A stretch of DNA of 64,000 nt from Vicugna vicugna (Eukaryota), in NCBI GenBank assembly GCA_013265495.1, contig MU058463.1, positions 1,449,523 through 1,513,522 on the forward strand, written 5' to 3'. Each line of letters starts with the position of its first letter. Positions within the stretch are counted from its first letter, which is position 1. Below, one piece after another: positions 11,456-23,944 of the stretch. Below the pieces are notes generated by a model. It was given only the letters and a program-made list of their open reading frames with translations, did not search any database and was not told where the DNA came from. A program made the position numbers and the translations under genes.

Positions 11456-13619
11456 TTCTTCCCAACCCCCACCCTGCCTTTTACTGTATCTCTTGTTTCT
11501 TTATCCATTCTTCTTGTGACAGGGTTCTTAAACTCATCATCAGAGTCTTTCACTCTCAATGCTTCCAGTTCTTGAATTTTTTTTTAACTCTTGCTGTATA
11601 ATCCGTATACCTATTACATTAATGCTGTTACTTTAATGAAGAATTCCATTTCAGTAAAACTTTCGGCTTTCCACAGAAAGTTGCTGTTACAAAATATGAG
11701 TTGCTGAGCACAGTTCCTCTAGCTAGCTAAAAATTTCAATTATTCTTTTATATTGTACATACTTAAGTACTTCCCAGTAAGTACTCCCATCCTTCTCCAA
11801 ATGCCAATCGGTTACTGTGGAGACATAAATGTAAGCTGGAAAGCGATCAGCCCACTAATTGATACAGACAGTCAATTAGGGCTTCAAAGGCGCTGGCTTG
11901 GTGTTTTACACATAGAACATGGGAGAAAGATTATAGTTTTCTGTGGCATAATCTCTGTTGCTTCATTGTAGACCAGAGCTATATATGCTGCTGGATAGTT
12001 TCTACAGAAACGAAGCAAGTTTCTCACTGTTTGCTAATGGGATGGTAGCAGTAGGGAAACAATGATATTGTGTGATTTGAACCTATTAGCGTTCCCTTTC
12101 TAAAGTTCCAGACTGAACCAATTCCGACTCTGTTCAGGTCAAAAGTCTTCTTAATCTCTGTGTTATGCTGATCAAACCTCAAACTGTCGGGTCAAATTAT
12201 TTCCATTGGGCCAGTTCTATTTGTGATTAATTAAAATTTCTTCTTGATTGCATACAGTTCTTTTAAATGTATAATCCCTTTATTGTGTAGCGAATTGAGA
12301 ATATGGTCCTAATTTAAAAACAAATACTCATGTGGGCCTCTCAGTATGATGTAAGCCACCAATTTCAGTAAAGTGAAGAAGGAAAAATAAAACATTTTAC
12401 TATTTTTAAATGAGTATATGAGTGCCATAAGCAGAGAAAATTATACCTGACTTGCCTATCACTGTAGATTACAAGAATTGATTAAAGGGGAAAAACGCTT
12501 TATATAAATAGAATGTATATGTAGAAAGCCTTGATTCCAGATTTTTATCCAGCGGCATTTTAGTTTCAGAAAAAACTAATCAAAGTTGAGACCACATGGA
12601 AAATTTTAAAAGGTGACAAAACCTCTCCTCATTAGACTATAGGAATTTGAAAATTCAGGTTGATTTTCCATCGGGTTATTCTATAATTTGAATAAAGAAT
12701 TGTTCTGAAGTTTTGTTCTCTCTCTGTATAATTTTATGGTGATTAACTACATAATCTTTTATGTCGTGTTTACTATGAGGGACAGGGTACCTTTCTGTTA
12801 TTGCCTACCTGCCAAGAAAACATCTATTTTGTATCAATTAAAGCCTCACAGACAACTGTGGTATTGCCAAGAAAGTTGTGAAACATCAACCCCTCCCAAA
12901 AATAAACTCGACTTTTCTCATCATTAGCAGTTCTCTGAGAAATAGGTACATCAAATAAAGCAGTTGAATTAAGCCATGTGGATGACTAGAGTGTTGCTGA
13001 GAACAGCGAGGCCGGCAATGGACCAGGTGCTGGGCAACCCTGAGTCCTCGTGGTGAAGCACAGTAGGGAACGAGATGAAAGGGAGAAAAGAAAAGAGGCA
13101 GGAAAAGGTGGGCAAGAGATTCTCAGAGAGGGAGCACTAGCAAACAATGATGTACAGGAAATTTTCAAGGCGGGCCAGAGAAAAGGAGAGCTTGGGAAAG
13201 GCAGGCGAGCTCTAAGATGAAAGAGGAAGGAGAAGATTCTGGGAGGCTGGTGCATCAGTCAAGGACCTGCTAGGGGGCAGCAGTGGGGGGCGCAAGGCAG
13301 GTGGTCGTGGGCAAGGCACCCAACCCCTGGCTGCCACCCCAGCGCGGTCCCTGGTCTGAGTCGGGAGTTAGGGGATTAGAGTGTATGAAAGAAATGCACA
13401 CTGCATTTGTGATAAGACATAGGATAAAAAAATGACCTGGCATTGATGCCTGGTGCCTTCTAACTAAGCTGAGTGGTCTTGAAGCCAAGTAAAGGATCCT
13501 TGTTTACTCAAAGCCTTGAGTAAAGAAGATCCTCCTTAAAATTCTTGTACTGAAACACTGCTGTGGCTCCCTAATTCACAAAAGATTACGTGAGAAATTG
13601 TAGAGGGGAAATGTACTGC

Positions 13620-13850
13620 TTGGTTATAGCGTCTGTTCATAATGGAACCAGAGAGAACTCTGCCGCTTGTTAGCTGTGAGACTTTGGGGGAAGTTTCCCA
13701 ACTTCTCTGTGCTTCCATAGCCTCATCTGTAAAATCTGTATCGAATGGTACCTACCTCCTTTATTACTATTATTGAGGATCAGATGAGTTAATATTTATA
13801 GACCATTTAGGGAAGAATATGGCACACAGATCATACAAATTCTTACTCAA
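13620..13850 (+). mobile_element. MIR SINE
   Basis: ctctgccgcttgttagctgtgagactttgggg..cttctctgtgcttc..cctcatctgtaaaat. Confidence 0.8.
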
Positions 13851-16204
13851 TTCATATAAAATTGATGTTTTCATAGGATTAACTTCCTTTCATTTCTTTA
13901 TCATTTAGACACCTGCACAGTGTTCCTTACTAGAGCATTATATTTCATTGTCTTCCAAATTATTATGCAAAGGGGGCTTCCTGGCTCTACTGCAGGACAT
14001 TCCACCCTACTCTTCCTGAAAAAGAAAAATTCTTAAACAGAAAAAAAAAACTTTCTAAAACATAAAATCTTAAGTAATCACCCTGTACTGTGGACTTCAG
14101 CCTGGTATCAGCCTAAAGATACTTTAAAAAATGGGAAACTCACTCCATGCCATTCATTCTTCCAAGTATGAGGTCTTCTACAGTATCTCTTGCCTCTGTC
14201 CACTCTCTAACGCCTTTGGATAGTTTTAGAAGTATTTTGTCCAGAGTATGTAGTTATTGTATCAGTGGGAGGTTGGTCCAATAGGAACTTCTCTGACCTC
14301 ATTAGAAGCAGAGTCTCGATACTCTATTCCACTGCGGTGGGGCAGGGATAGGCCTCCTTCTTTGACGTGGAGCTTTCCCTCGAAGTCTGGTGACCCTTTA
14401 TTGTTCATTTATGTGCAAGAATTAGTCATTAAAGTTGAGCATAAGTTCTAGGTTCATGGAAATGTTGTCATTGGTTATAGAATGATGGGTTACTGGTCAA
14501 ACTTCGGAAATTTCCAAATATCAGAATTCAGAGGTCTTTTCTTTGGACCATTGTTTCTTCAGATAAGGGTCATTTGGTTGCCTGCCTGGGGTATTGCTCA
14601 GCTACCAGCAAACTTGACATTGGTCTGAAAAGGGAGCTGGAAGTCTTGTCTATGGTCAGGTATATCCTGATATATGACCCCTTATTTACACTTGCACCCT
14701 CCTGTTGACCCTTATTTGTACCTAGAGAAACTGAGGGTGTAGTCTTCTGAAGAAAGTTTCTCTAAAGAAAATGTGTGGTCTCTCCTAGGGAAAGAGCAGC
14801 AGCCATCTCAGTGCCTGGGGCAGTGTCCCGCCAATAGTTGGTATTCAAAAGATACCAGCCCCTCTCCCCTCCGCTCTAAATCTCTTCATACCTCCTCTAA
14901 GCTGAGCCCACACCTTGAGCGACACCTGAAGGCTCATTCCAGTCCAATGTCCTACAGTAGGAGGAGGTGTGTCAATACTGGCCTTCCTCATCTGGTAATC
15001 TGACTCAGGATACAGTTGGTACTAAGAATCCTAAGACTTTTCTGAATTGAAGTCTTTTTCCCTTCTTTTCTGAGAACCTGTTGTCAGATCTGAGTTTCCC
15101 ATGCTGAAATCCCCCTGCTCCTTTCTTTTCCTTATCTCTGATTCCATTCCTAAAATGAGACCTTGCCCCAACCCCCATTCCAAAGGCTCCAGTGACTCCA
15201 GCAAGAGATGTGTCTATAATTCTCTTCAATGTTTCAGGGGTAATTCTACCCAGTGAACATTTTCCTCTAGCTCATAAAGGCATCATCAATTTTAAACAAT
15301 ATCCTCAAAATTGCATTTTTTCCAGCATCTTGAAGCTCCTCTGCATCCATCAGTGGTATAAAATCTGTAAAGCCAACCTGTCCAAGAAATGTATTAACAA
15401 ATAATATGCTTTTGCATGAAGTTTTTCATATTTTCAAACACAGTCAATGCAGCTCTGCCCTTTATCCCTTTTAGGTTGAGCCACGTGCCTAAATGACCTT
15501 TAATTATTCTTATCTCCCACTCTGAGCTGAATTCTTCAATTAGAAAAATCCAGTTAAATTTTAAAAGTTACAGATCCCAGTAATTTCTTTTCTCTGTCTT
15601 GGTAGCATTACTGAGTTCTGAAATATTAAAACCTCTTTAGTCCTTGGGGCCTCAGCCTGAGTGGCACAGGAAGGCCATCCCCACCTAAGCTGTGCCCTGA
15701 TTCTCCCTCCGGAGAGGACTTCTCTCAACAATGCCCACACTGTTCTCCTAAGCCTCCTTCTATTTTATATAGCTTTCATCTATATGCTCAACCTCTTCAT
15801 CATGTTCACCTCTCCTCCTTGCCGTAATCAAAACCTCACTTTCCTTAAAAACATATTAACATCTAGTTCCATATATATCCCTCTCAGATGGACATTGCTC
15901 ATTTTCATATGCACACATGCAACAGAGTTCAAACTGTTGGATTAAATGTGCTTAGCTTTCACTTGTGTTGAGACAGTCAAGATTTTGTCCCAAGGATCAT
16001 CTAAAAGCTTTGATCTCAACTTACTGGAATCAAACTGCTTCACCTTTATTTCCACTTGTTGATTTTTCTATCCTCATAAAAATGCCCTTTGACTTGGGAG
16101 GCTCATTTCATTCCATAACATGTAACTCAAGATAAAGAGATTACATTTACCTCACCTTTCATCAAACTGTAGAACTAAAACTCATACCATTTGTAAGGCT
16201 ATTC

Positions 16205-16411
16205 TGTAAAGAAGATTTTTCAGCAGTGGCTTTACTGACATTTGAGTCAGATGGTTCTTTGATGGAGGGGACTGCTCTGTGCACTGTAGGAGGTTTAGCA
16301 GAATCCCAGTCCTCTATCCATCTGATGCCAGTAGCATCCTTCCCCACAATTTTAGTAGAAATCAAAAATGTCCCCAGGATGGAAAGCTTTCCCCTGGTTA
16401 AGAACTACCGG
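16205..16411. mobile_element. MER20 hAT-Charlie MITE
   Basis: actgacatttgagtcagat..tgtgcactgtaggaggtttagcag..gatgccagtagca..aaaaatgtc..cctggttaagaactac. Confidence 0.85.
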
Positions 16412-17959
16412 CATAAAGAATAATAAAAAAAGATAATTCTTTTCATCATGGGATTTATAAACATGAATTGACACATGAATTAAGAGTGCAGCTACAGAAA
16501 GGAAGGGTAACAAAATATTAATTAAGGAAGCATAAACACATAAGCCATAAATTTTGGTCATAATAGAATTCCTAAAAGAATAGGTGCATTAAAATTTTTT
16601 TAGAAGTTTCTATTTAGGTTAATGTGTCTGAAACTAAGGAATAAATTTATTTCAAAATTATATATTCATTTAATTTATTCTTGGAATTATAAATGGATTT
16701 GATTTGCAGTTATCATTTTTCAGATACTCTGATTAAGAAAGAAATAAGAAAAAAGTATAGAACCATTTAAATGGTTTCAAATGCAATGGATTCAGAGACA
16801 AATAAATGTATTCAACTGCAAAAGTAGATTTTAAATATCATTTGTCCATAATTACATCATTATCTTTTCTTAATATTCCATTTATCATAAGAAACAGTGA
16901 TTTATAATAACCTGCTTATTTCATGACAAAATCAGTATTTGAATCCTAATTGAATATAGAGTAATGCCATGTACAAAGTGGCCAAAGACCATAAATATCA
17001 GTTGATGAAGATGAACTGTGATGTCAAAGTAGCTAAATTTACACCAAAAACATAATTAATCTTTTCTTTTATTGTAAAACTTTTTCAAAGAAGTAACAGC
17101 TATCGGACTTGAACTATACATCTTACCACGAAGTTTGATTTCTGGGCTGTCAAAATCAGCTTCTCAAATATATTCATTGTATACAGAGCATGTTAGAATT
17201 ACTTTAAAACTCAAACATTCTGAAGTGCATTAGTGATGCCAACTCAGTCTACAGCTGCTACAGCCAGAGGGTTATGACTCACTCCTTCTCTCCTCCCTTG
17301 CCTTTGGATTTTCTATTGTGTAGGAAGGTGTGTCCTCTCCTGTTTACAATGGTGTGCACAAGATAACAAAATATCACAAAAACAAAAAAACAAAAAACAA
17401 AAAACTGTTTTCTTTTAAGTTAGCCATATATTACTTTTCTTTCATGACTTTTTATGGTGAAAAGTGAATAATTTATTTCCTAAATTTATGGTTTGATTTA
17501 CATAGGGCCAAATACATGAGCTTCATGTTCACTTGAAAGTTATCATATAAGTGTAGTTTAGATAATACTAAATAAATTAGCTAAATACTATGGTTTTGTT
17601 ATCCTTACTCTAGAGAAAAATATCAGAACGTTGTTGTATTAAATTGACAGATTATTTCTGTCTAGTTTTGAATTTACTTTTATGGTTAATTAACTGTAAC
17701 TGACAGACTGGCCTAAAATTTAAGTGATATTTAAAAAAAACATACACACAAATAGATCTTTTAAAGGATGGACCTCTTTAATTTTAAAAACTAATAGAAG
17801 TGATTCAACTGTTCAACTATTCCTGAAAGACAATCAGTCTGTTATACAATGAATTCCCATTTATACTAAAATTTTTTATTTATCTGAAATTTTAATTTTT
17901 GACTACACCAAGAAATAAGTTAATTTCTCCATAATCGGAAGTCTTCAATGCAAAAGGAA

Positions 17960-18170
17960 GTGTTGAATGGTTGTGTAGAACTAAACCTTTGCGTTAAATC
18001 TATATTGGAATCTAGATTCTACTGCTTCCTAGCTGTCTACACTTAAGAAACATCCATAAACTCCATACCCTCATCTGTAGGAAGAGACAACATATTGGGC
18101 CACGGAGAGAATTCAAATGAGACAATTTTTAAAAAGTGGCACAGAGTAAATTATTAATAGCTATTTGTAT
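17960..18170 (+). mobile_element. MIR SINE (degraded)
   Basis: ttctactgcttcctagctgt..ccctcatctgtagga..aattcaaatgagacaat. Confidence 0.6.
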
Positions 18171-18317
18171 CATTATTGCAAATAAATTATTTTTATAGAG
18201 ATTAATTCAACTTATTTTGGGGGCTCTGTGAAAACATAAACTTATATTACTTAATTTTCTTGTATTCTTACCTGAGACATAACTTCAAAAACAATTCAAT
18301 TTGTAAAGCTGGCTTTA

Positions 18318-18518
18318 TTTTTTACATTTTTTTATTGAATTACAGTGGATTTACAATGTTATATTAATTTCAGGTGGAAAGCATGGTGATTCTGTATTTT
18401 TACAGATTATACTTCATTAAAAGTTATTACAAGAGAATAGCTATAATCCCCTGGGCTATGTAATATATCCTTGTTGTGTATCTGTTTTATACATAGCAGT
18501 TTGTATCTCTTAATCCTA
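18318..18518 (-). mobile_element. Short LINE-1 3' end
   Basis: ttttattgaattacagtggatttacaatgttatattaatttcaggt..ctataatcccctgggctatg. Confidence 0.8.
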
Positions 18519-20649
18519 GCTTTATGGCTTTAAATCCCAGTTTAAGTGGCCTTAGATATTAATATTTATTATGCTAATTGCTATTGATTTGTAGTAGTCT
18601 TTATATAATGTCTATGTTCTATTCTCTTTTGCTTTACATAGACTTTTTTTTAAAATTCAGAGACTAATGAGTTTTACCAAATCTTATTTCAGTTTCAAGT
18701 GATATGAGCATATTGGTTCATTTTGATTTGTTCCTGAAATAAATTATGCCAAGAGATGCTAATATGGAATACTCACTGAAAAACTTATAAGCTTAAAATC
18801 TTGTTCACCTTTTCATTAAATTCTAGAAAATGTAATTTGGCATTTTTTTCATCCATCCTTAGGTATTTTAAAGTATGGTTCTTTATTTCAAGATGTTGAA
18901 GTCTTGGTATGTATGTGTTTAATTTTTTGACTTAATTTCAAGTGATACTGGTTTATGCTGAGGCAATGTAGCCTGCACCTAGTAGAATTCATTGAAATTT
19001 TTGAGGGAAGATCAATATATGGTCAATTTAGTATATTTTTAAAGAAATAAGAAGTGAATGTTTCTCCTCCGCTTTCAGTCTTTACATGGCAATACTTATT
19101 TATTCATTACTCATTACTTATCTCCCTAGAATCCTTCAGAAAACTCATTTTACCAGTCTGGCCCCTGCTCTAATAACATAAAGAACCAAGAAAACAAAAT
19201 CTTGAGGTTAGGAAGAAATTTCTAGAGTGAGGTGACTATAGAAGAAATAAAGCTAGATCCCTTGAGTGTCACAAAAGCTCTAGAGAGAAACAAGATGGTG
19301 GACCTGAGTGTTGGACATGAGGAGGAAGGAGGACACACTGGGGCCGATGTGGAGAAAAAAGCAAAACCAGAAGTGACCAGTCAATTACTCTTCTGTCTCC
19401 ATTACAAACTCTCTCTTTACCATCATCAGGGGATCCTTGTTCTTGAAGGATTTGTACTTCACTCTTCAGATGCCAGAACTATCTAATGACATTAATGTAT
19501 ATAAGCACCTTCTTGCTATATCCTTTAAGCTTCACATGAAAGAAATTTTCTTTGTTGCCATCATCCATACTTACAAAGGGGCTTTGTGGAAAAAAGATCT
19601 ATAAATTTTGTAGATCAAATTTGTAAACTTAGTGTCTTATCATTCTCATGCATGAGGGAAGATTATATCTCTAGTCTTCTCTACCTTAAAAATCTCTAAC
19701 TAAGAAATATCACACTTGGTTGCATTATGACGGCCTACATCCTTACCAGGGAGGTGGAAAAAGAGAGATTAACATTTGATCATTACTCTAAAATGTTAGT
19801 TTTTAGATTTATATGCTCTCAAAAAATTTTTTTAACTATATTGTTCTGTACCAATAAATAGCTTTGAAAACTGAATATCTACCTCAAATCATATACCCAA
19901 CAGTTAACATAAATAATGTCACTTTTATTTCCTTTGCTTGTTGAACTTATTGTAATGTTAAAATTACTAATTCTATGTAAACTACCTTGGCCTGGTCCTA
20001 TAGCAAAATTTGGAGTAATTATTTAATTACTTTTAATAGCTTTATATTAAATATGTTCATGTTTATGGTTCACCCATCAAATATCATTTACTTTGTGTAA
20101 CTTTGTGAAACAAATGGAAAAGAAACAGATTACAAGGCTCTAGGTTTGGAAGAAAGTCAATAAATAAAACTGAAGTAGAATCACATTTATTTTCCTGTCA
20201 TGCAGGTTTGTTGTTGATGCACCCAACTTCACAACAGGACTTAAGACATTAAATTTTCAAATAAATACTGTACAAAAAATTCAACTGTTTTTAAATATAT
20301 GAGTTTTTAAAGATGTATGTCCTCAATTTAAGAATTAAAAAAAAATTCTTCCCCCTCAGTATTTTATGAAATTTAATGCACAAATATGTGTGCATCCCAA
20401 AGTGTCAAAAGATTATTTTCATATGTTGGCAGATTCAATCCATGCCTCTCTTAAAAATTTGGAACTTGTTTGCTTCTAAGGCTGAGTGCATTTTGGAATA
20501 ACTTTGTGTTAGCTACAAATAACAATCTTTTCAAGCCCTAGCAACCAGGCTCTGCTTTAGCAAAGGCCTTTGAAGAGTTTCTTTCACTGCTTTTACTGCT
20601 CCTCGTACACCCACCCAGATCCCTACCATCCCATTTTTTTTTTTAAATA

Positions 20650-20740
20650 GAGAGAGAGGAATGAAAAAAATGAAGGAAAAGGAAAGAAAGAAGGAAAGAG
20701 GGAAGGAAGGAAGAAGGGAAGGAGAGAAGGAAGGAAGGAG
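20650..20740. repeat. GA-rich (GGAA) low-complexity tract
   Basis: Read directly from the sequence. Confidence 0.85.
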
Positions 20741-21907
20741 TACTTGTTTAAAATGATGTAGTGCAGTGTTTCACAGTTTAAAATTACATAAAAGCCAAAA
20801 ATCCACTTACCTGCTTAACATGCAAGTTTTAGGATACAACCCTTCAGCAAACAACAGGTTTATTAATTATAAAGATTCTAGTAGAGCTTTTTAGCCAATG
20901 TGTGCTGTTTTTGTAAAGAAAATAAAGTGATTTGGAAGTGAGCCACTTTTATTTTAAGTTCCCCAGTCAATATGTTGCCACAGCAACCAGAGTTCTTGTT
21001 ATCCGGGAAAAGACAGATGTCTTTGCTTCAATCAGGATGCAAAGCTTAGAGAAGGAAAAAAGAAAAAAAAGCAATGAAAATTCATCATTTCATTATTTGA
21101 AATGTGAATTGCTCTGAGTTGGCTTTGAGCCATAGTTCTTATCCACAGTGTCCTTCAATATGTATGCAAGTCCCTCAATATTGCAATACTTCATTTCCAT
21201 TAATTAAATAATTACATCCAATGCTGTCTAATGGTTCTGTTGAATTAACATTGCCGAAAACAGTTATTATTCAATTAAAAGCAGTTCATGTTATTGTGCA
21301 GTGTACTGACAAAGATGATGTTTAACTTTACTTAATAAAAGTGGCTGTGTCCAGAGAAAGAAAAATATGGGAACCATATGGTATATATTTTTAATCAAAT
21401 ATAGCTGTCTGGCTATATATGCTTTTTCCTTCTCACCCTGAAGCTTCACTAAAATGAAGGTAAAGCAATATATGAATGTTTAAACTAACAAGGGAAGAAA
21501 AAAGAAGAGACAACAGTAGACAAGATATTACAACAAATTTTTGAAGACAGAATACAGAATAGTGATTGAATAAACAAATAGAGGAAGGTTTGACTGAGCT
21601 TTCTGGACAGGAGAATATTGAACAGCAGTGAGCAAATTTAGATAGACTCAGGTTCAAGGTCTACAGAAGCCAAAGTATTAAGACAGAAAATCAAGAGATT
21701 GGTTAAAAAAATCTGATTCACGAAAAGCCAGACTTTTTAACCCCTTTTCACCTACTGTTTGTGACGGGGTTAGGGGCGGGAGGACTTCCACTCCAGAGAC
21801 TAAGATACCAGACAGGTAAGGTTCGGAGGGAGGGGCTCAAAAGTAGGAAATTTAATTAAAAGTTTGCATACTGTATACTACATTCTACAATTTCATTTAA
21901 TTTAGTA

Positions 21908-22366
21908 TGTTTTTAATTAATAGACTCTTTTTCAGAGCAATTTTAGGTATACAGAAAATGTGAACAGAGAGTTCCCAGTTATCTCATCTCCTCTAACACT
22001 GTTTCCTCTTTCATTAACAGCTTGCCTTAGTGTGATATATTTATTACAATTGATGAGCCAACATTGATATGTTATTATTAAGGGAAAGCCATAGTTTGTG
22101 TCATTCTTTGTGTTGTACTGTACTGTGGTTTTGACAAATGCACAATATCATGTATTTACCATTAAAAATATCATTCAGGATAGTTTCACTGCTCTAAAAA
22201 TCCCCTGTGCCTCACCTATTCATCCCTCATCCCATTCCACCTGAATGTCTGCCAACCACTGATCTATTCACCACTCTGTAGAATTACCTTATACAGTATG
22301 TCATGCAGTCGGATTGTACAGTATAGAGCCTTTCACACCGACTTTGTTCACTTAACGAGATACATT
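21908..22366 (-). mobile_element. L1MC-type 3' end
   Basis: cagagcaattttaggtatacagaaaa..acaattgatgagccaacattgat..gatagtttcactgctctaaaaatcccctgtgc. Confidence 0.85.
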
Positions 22367-23944
22367 GTCAAGACCAAGCTGACTAGGGAAAGTGCAAGTA
22401 TACGTATTGGTACTGGGAGAAGGCTCAAAGGAAGAAAACATGGCAACTTTGGATACTGACTCAAGCCAAAAGTATCCCACACAAATTGCCCCAGACAGGT
22501 CAGGACTAAGGGCTTTATTAATTCTGTCATTGTATTTATCATGTGTACATGTCACAGCTACTCCATTTAATTATTTACTTTTTTGCTATGGTAAAGAAAA
22601 CTAATGTTGCTGAACCAATAACAGGAGAAATACTTTAGATTTTCCAGTTTTTCAAATATATTTTCTCCTCTGATGTTCACAAGCTGCATCATCCAAGGAA
22701 CAGTCTCAGACAGGGGCACAGTCCATAACCATGGGGCAGAGCAGCAGCTCAAGGTCCATCAAAGGGCAGGATCTCATCCGTGAGTCTCGTGTTCTCAGGA
22801 ACTGAGTTAAACAGTACAAATGTTCAGCTCATCATGGCAGAACGTATTTCTTGAAATATATTTTTTGGATGACTGGTTTCTTCACATAAAAAGCACAACT
22901 ATTCCTTCCCAGAATATTTGAATATTCATTTACTTTTTTTTATAACTGATTCTATATAGTAAAGTGAAAAGTTCATCACTATACACAATGGCATATATAG
23001 CCTCAAAGTTCACAACACGGTAAATCATGTGCATTTTAAATGTTGGAATGTCTCTGTATTTTCATGGAAGTGATTAAATTACCATTTGGCTATATTTTAT
23101 CACATATGGTACACTTAAATAGTTAAGCAGTATTAGTCACCTGTTTTGTATTACACTTCTATTACTTATTATACAAAATATGTTACATAGATCATTCTTT
23201 GTTTTGACTATTGAAAAACTATGCCCACTATGTTTACTGCTGTAACCTAGTAATTCCATGAGTGTTCCAGAGTCCCCCTGGGAATTCCTCATATTGACGT
23301 GACATCCCAAATTGCCAGCATCTACATTTGGATATCTATGATTTTGCTAAAAACTATGTTGAAACCCATGTAGCCAGGCAATTATCCCTTTGGCTATTCA
23401 TAGGAGGAATCTCAGGAGACCAAGCACTTCTATTCTAGGGCTGGAAAGATTTACTTGAAAGACATGTTAGGAAATAAAATAAGCCCAAAATTGCCTTTCA
23501 AACTATTACTTTGAAAGGAAATGTTATCTATATAGAAGACCTTTAGTGAAACAACCAAATGCCTATTTAACATTTATAACATGTTAGGAGTCGTACTATT
23601 GTCTACATAAAGAGTTGAAAGGTATCTCCCAAAATCCCCTCGAGTCAGAGCACTGTCAGCAGAATCTAATGAAAACCTGTTCTGTTTTAAAGAATTGCTC
23701 CAAGAAAGACTATTCAAGAATCTCCTCTTAGAGAAACTGGTCAGATAATTGTCATGATGATCTGATCTATGGTGCTCAGTCTGGTTTTTGATCATTAATG
23801 AAAATGAATGTGAATGATTACCAGTCTCTGCACGGACTTTGAATTGACTGGAAGACCATAAGAGAGTACCTTTTCAGACTTCTGATTTTCTGTGAATTCA
23901 TGTTAAGTCATTTCCTTAAAATCTATTTTCTCAAAACCCCTCTT

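Noticed and set aside
21440..21870. Possible HAL1/L1ME 5' fragment
   Set aside because: The resemblance is too weak to assign without a search.
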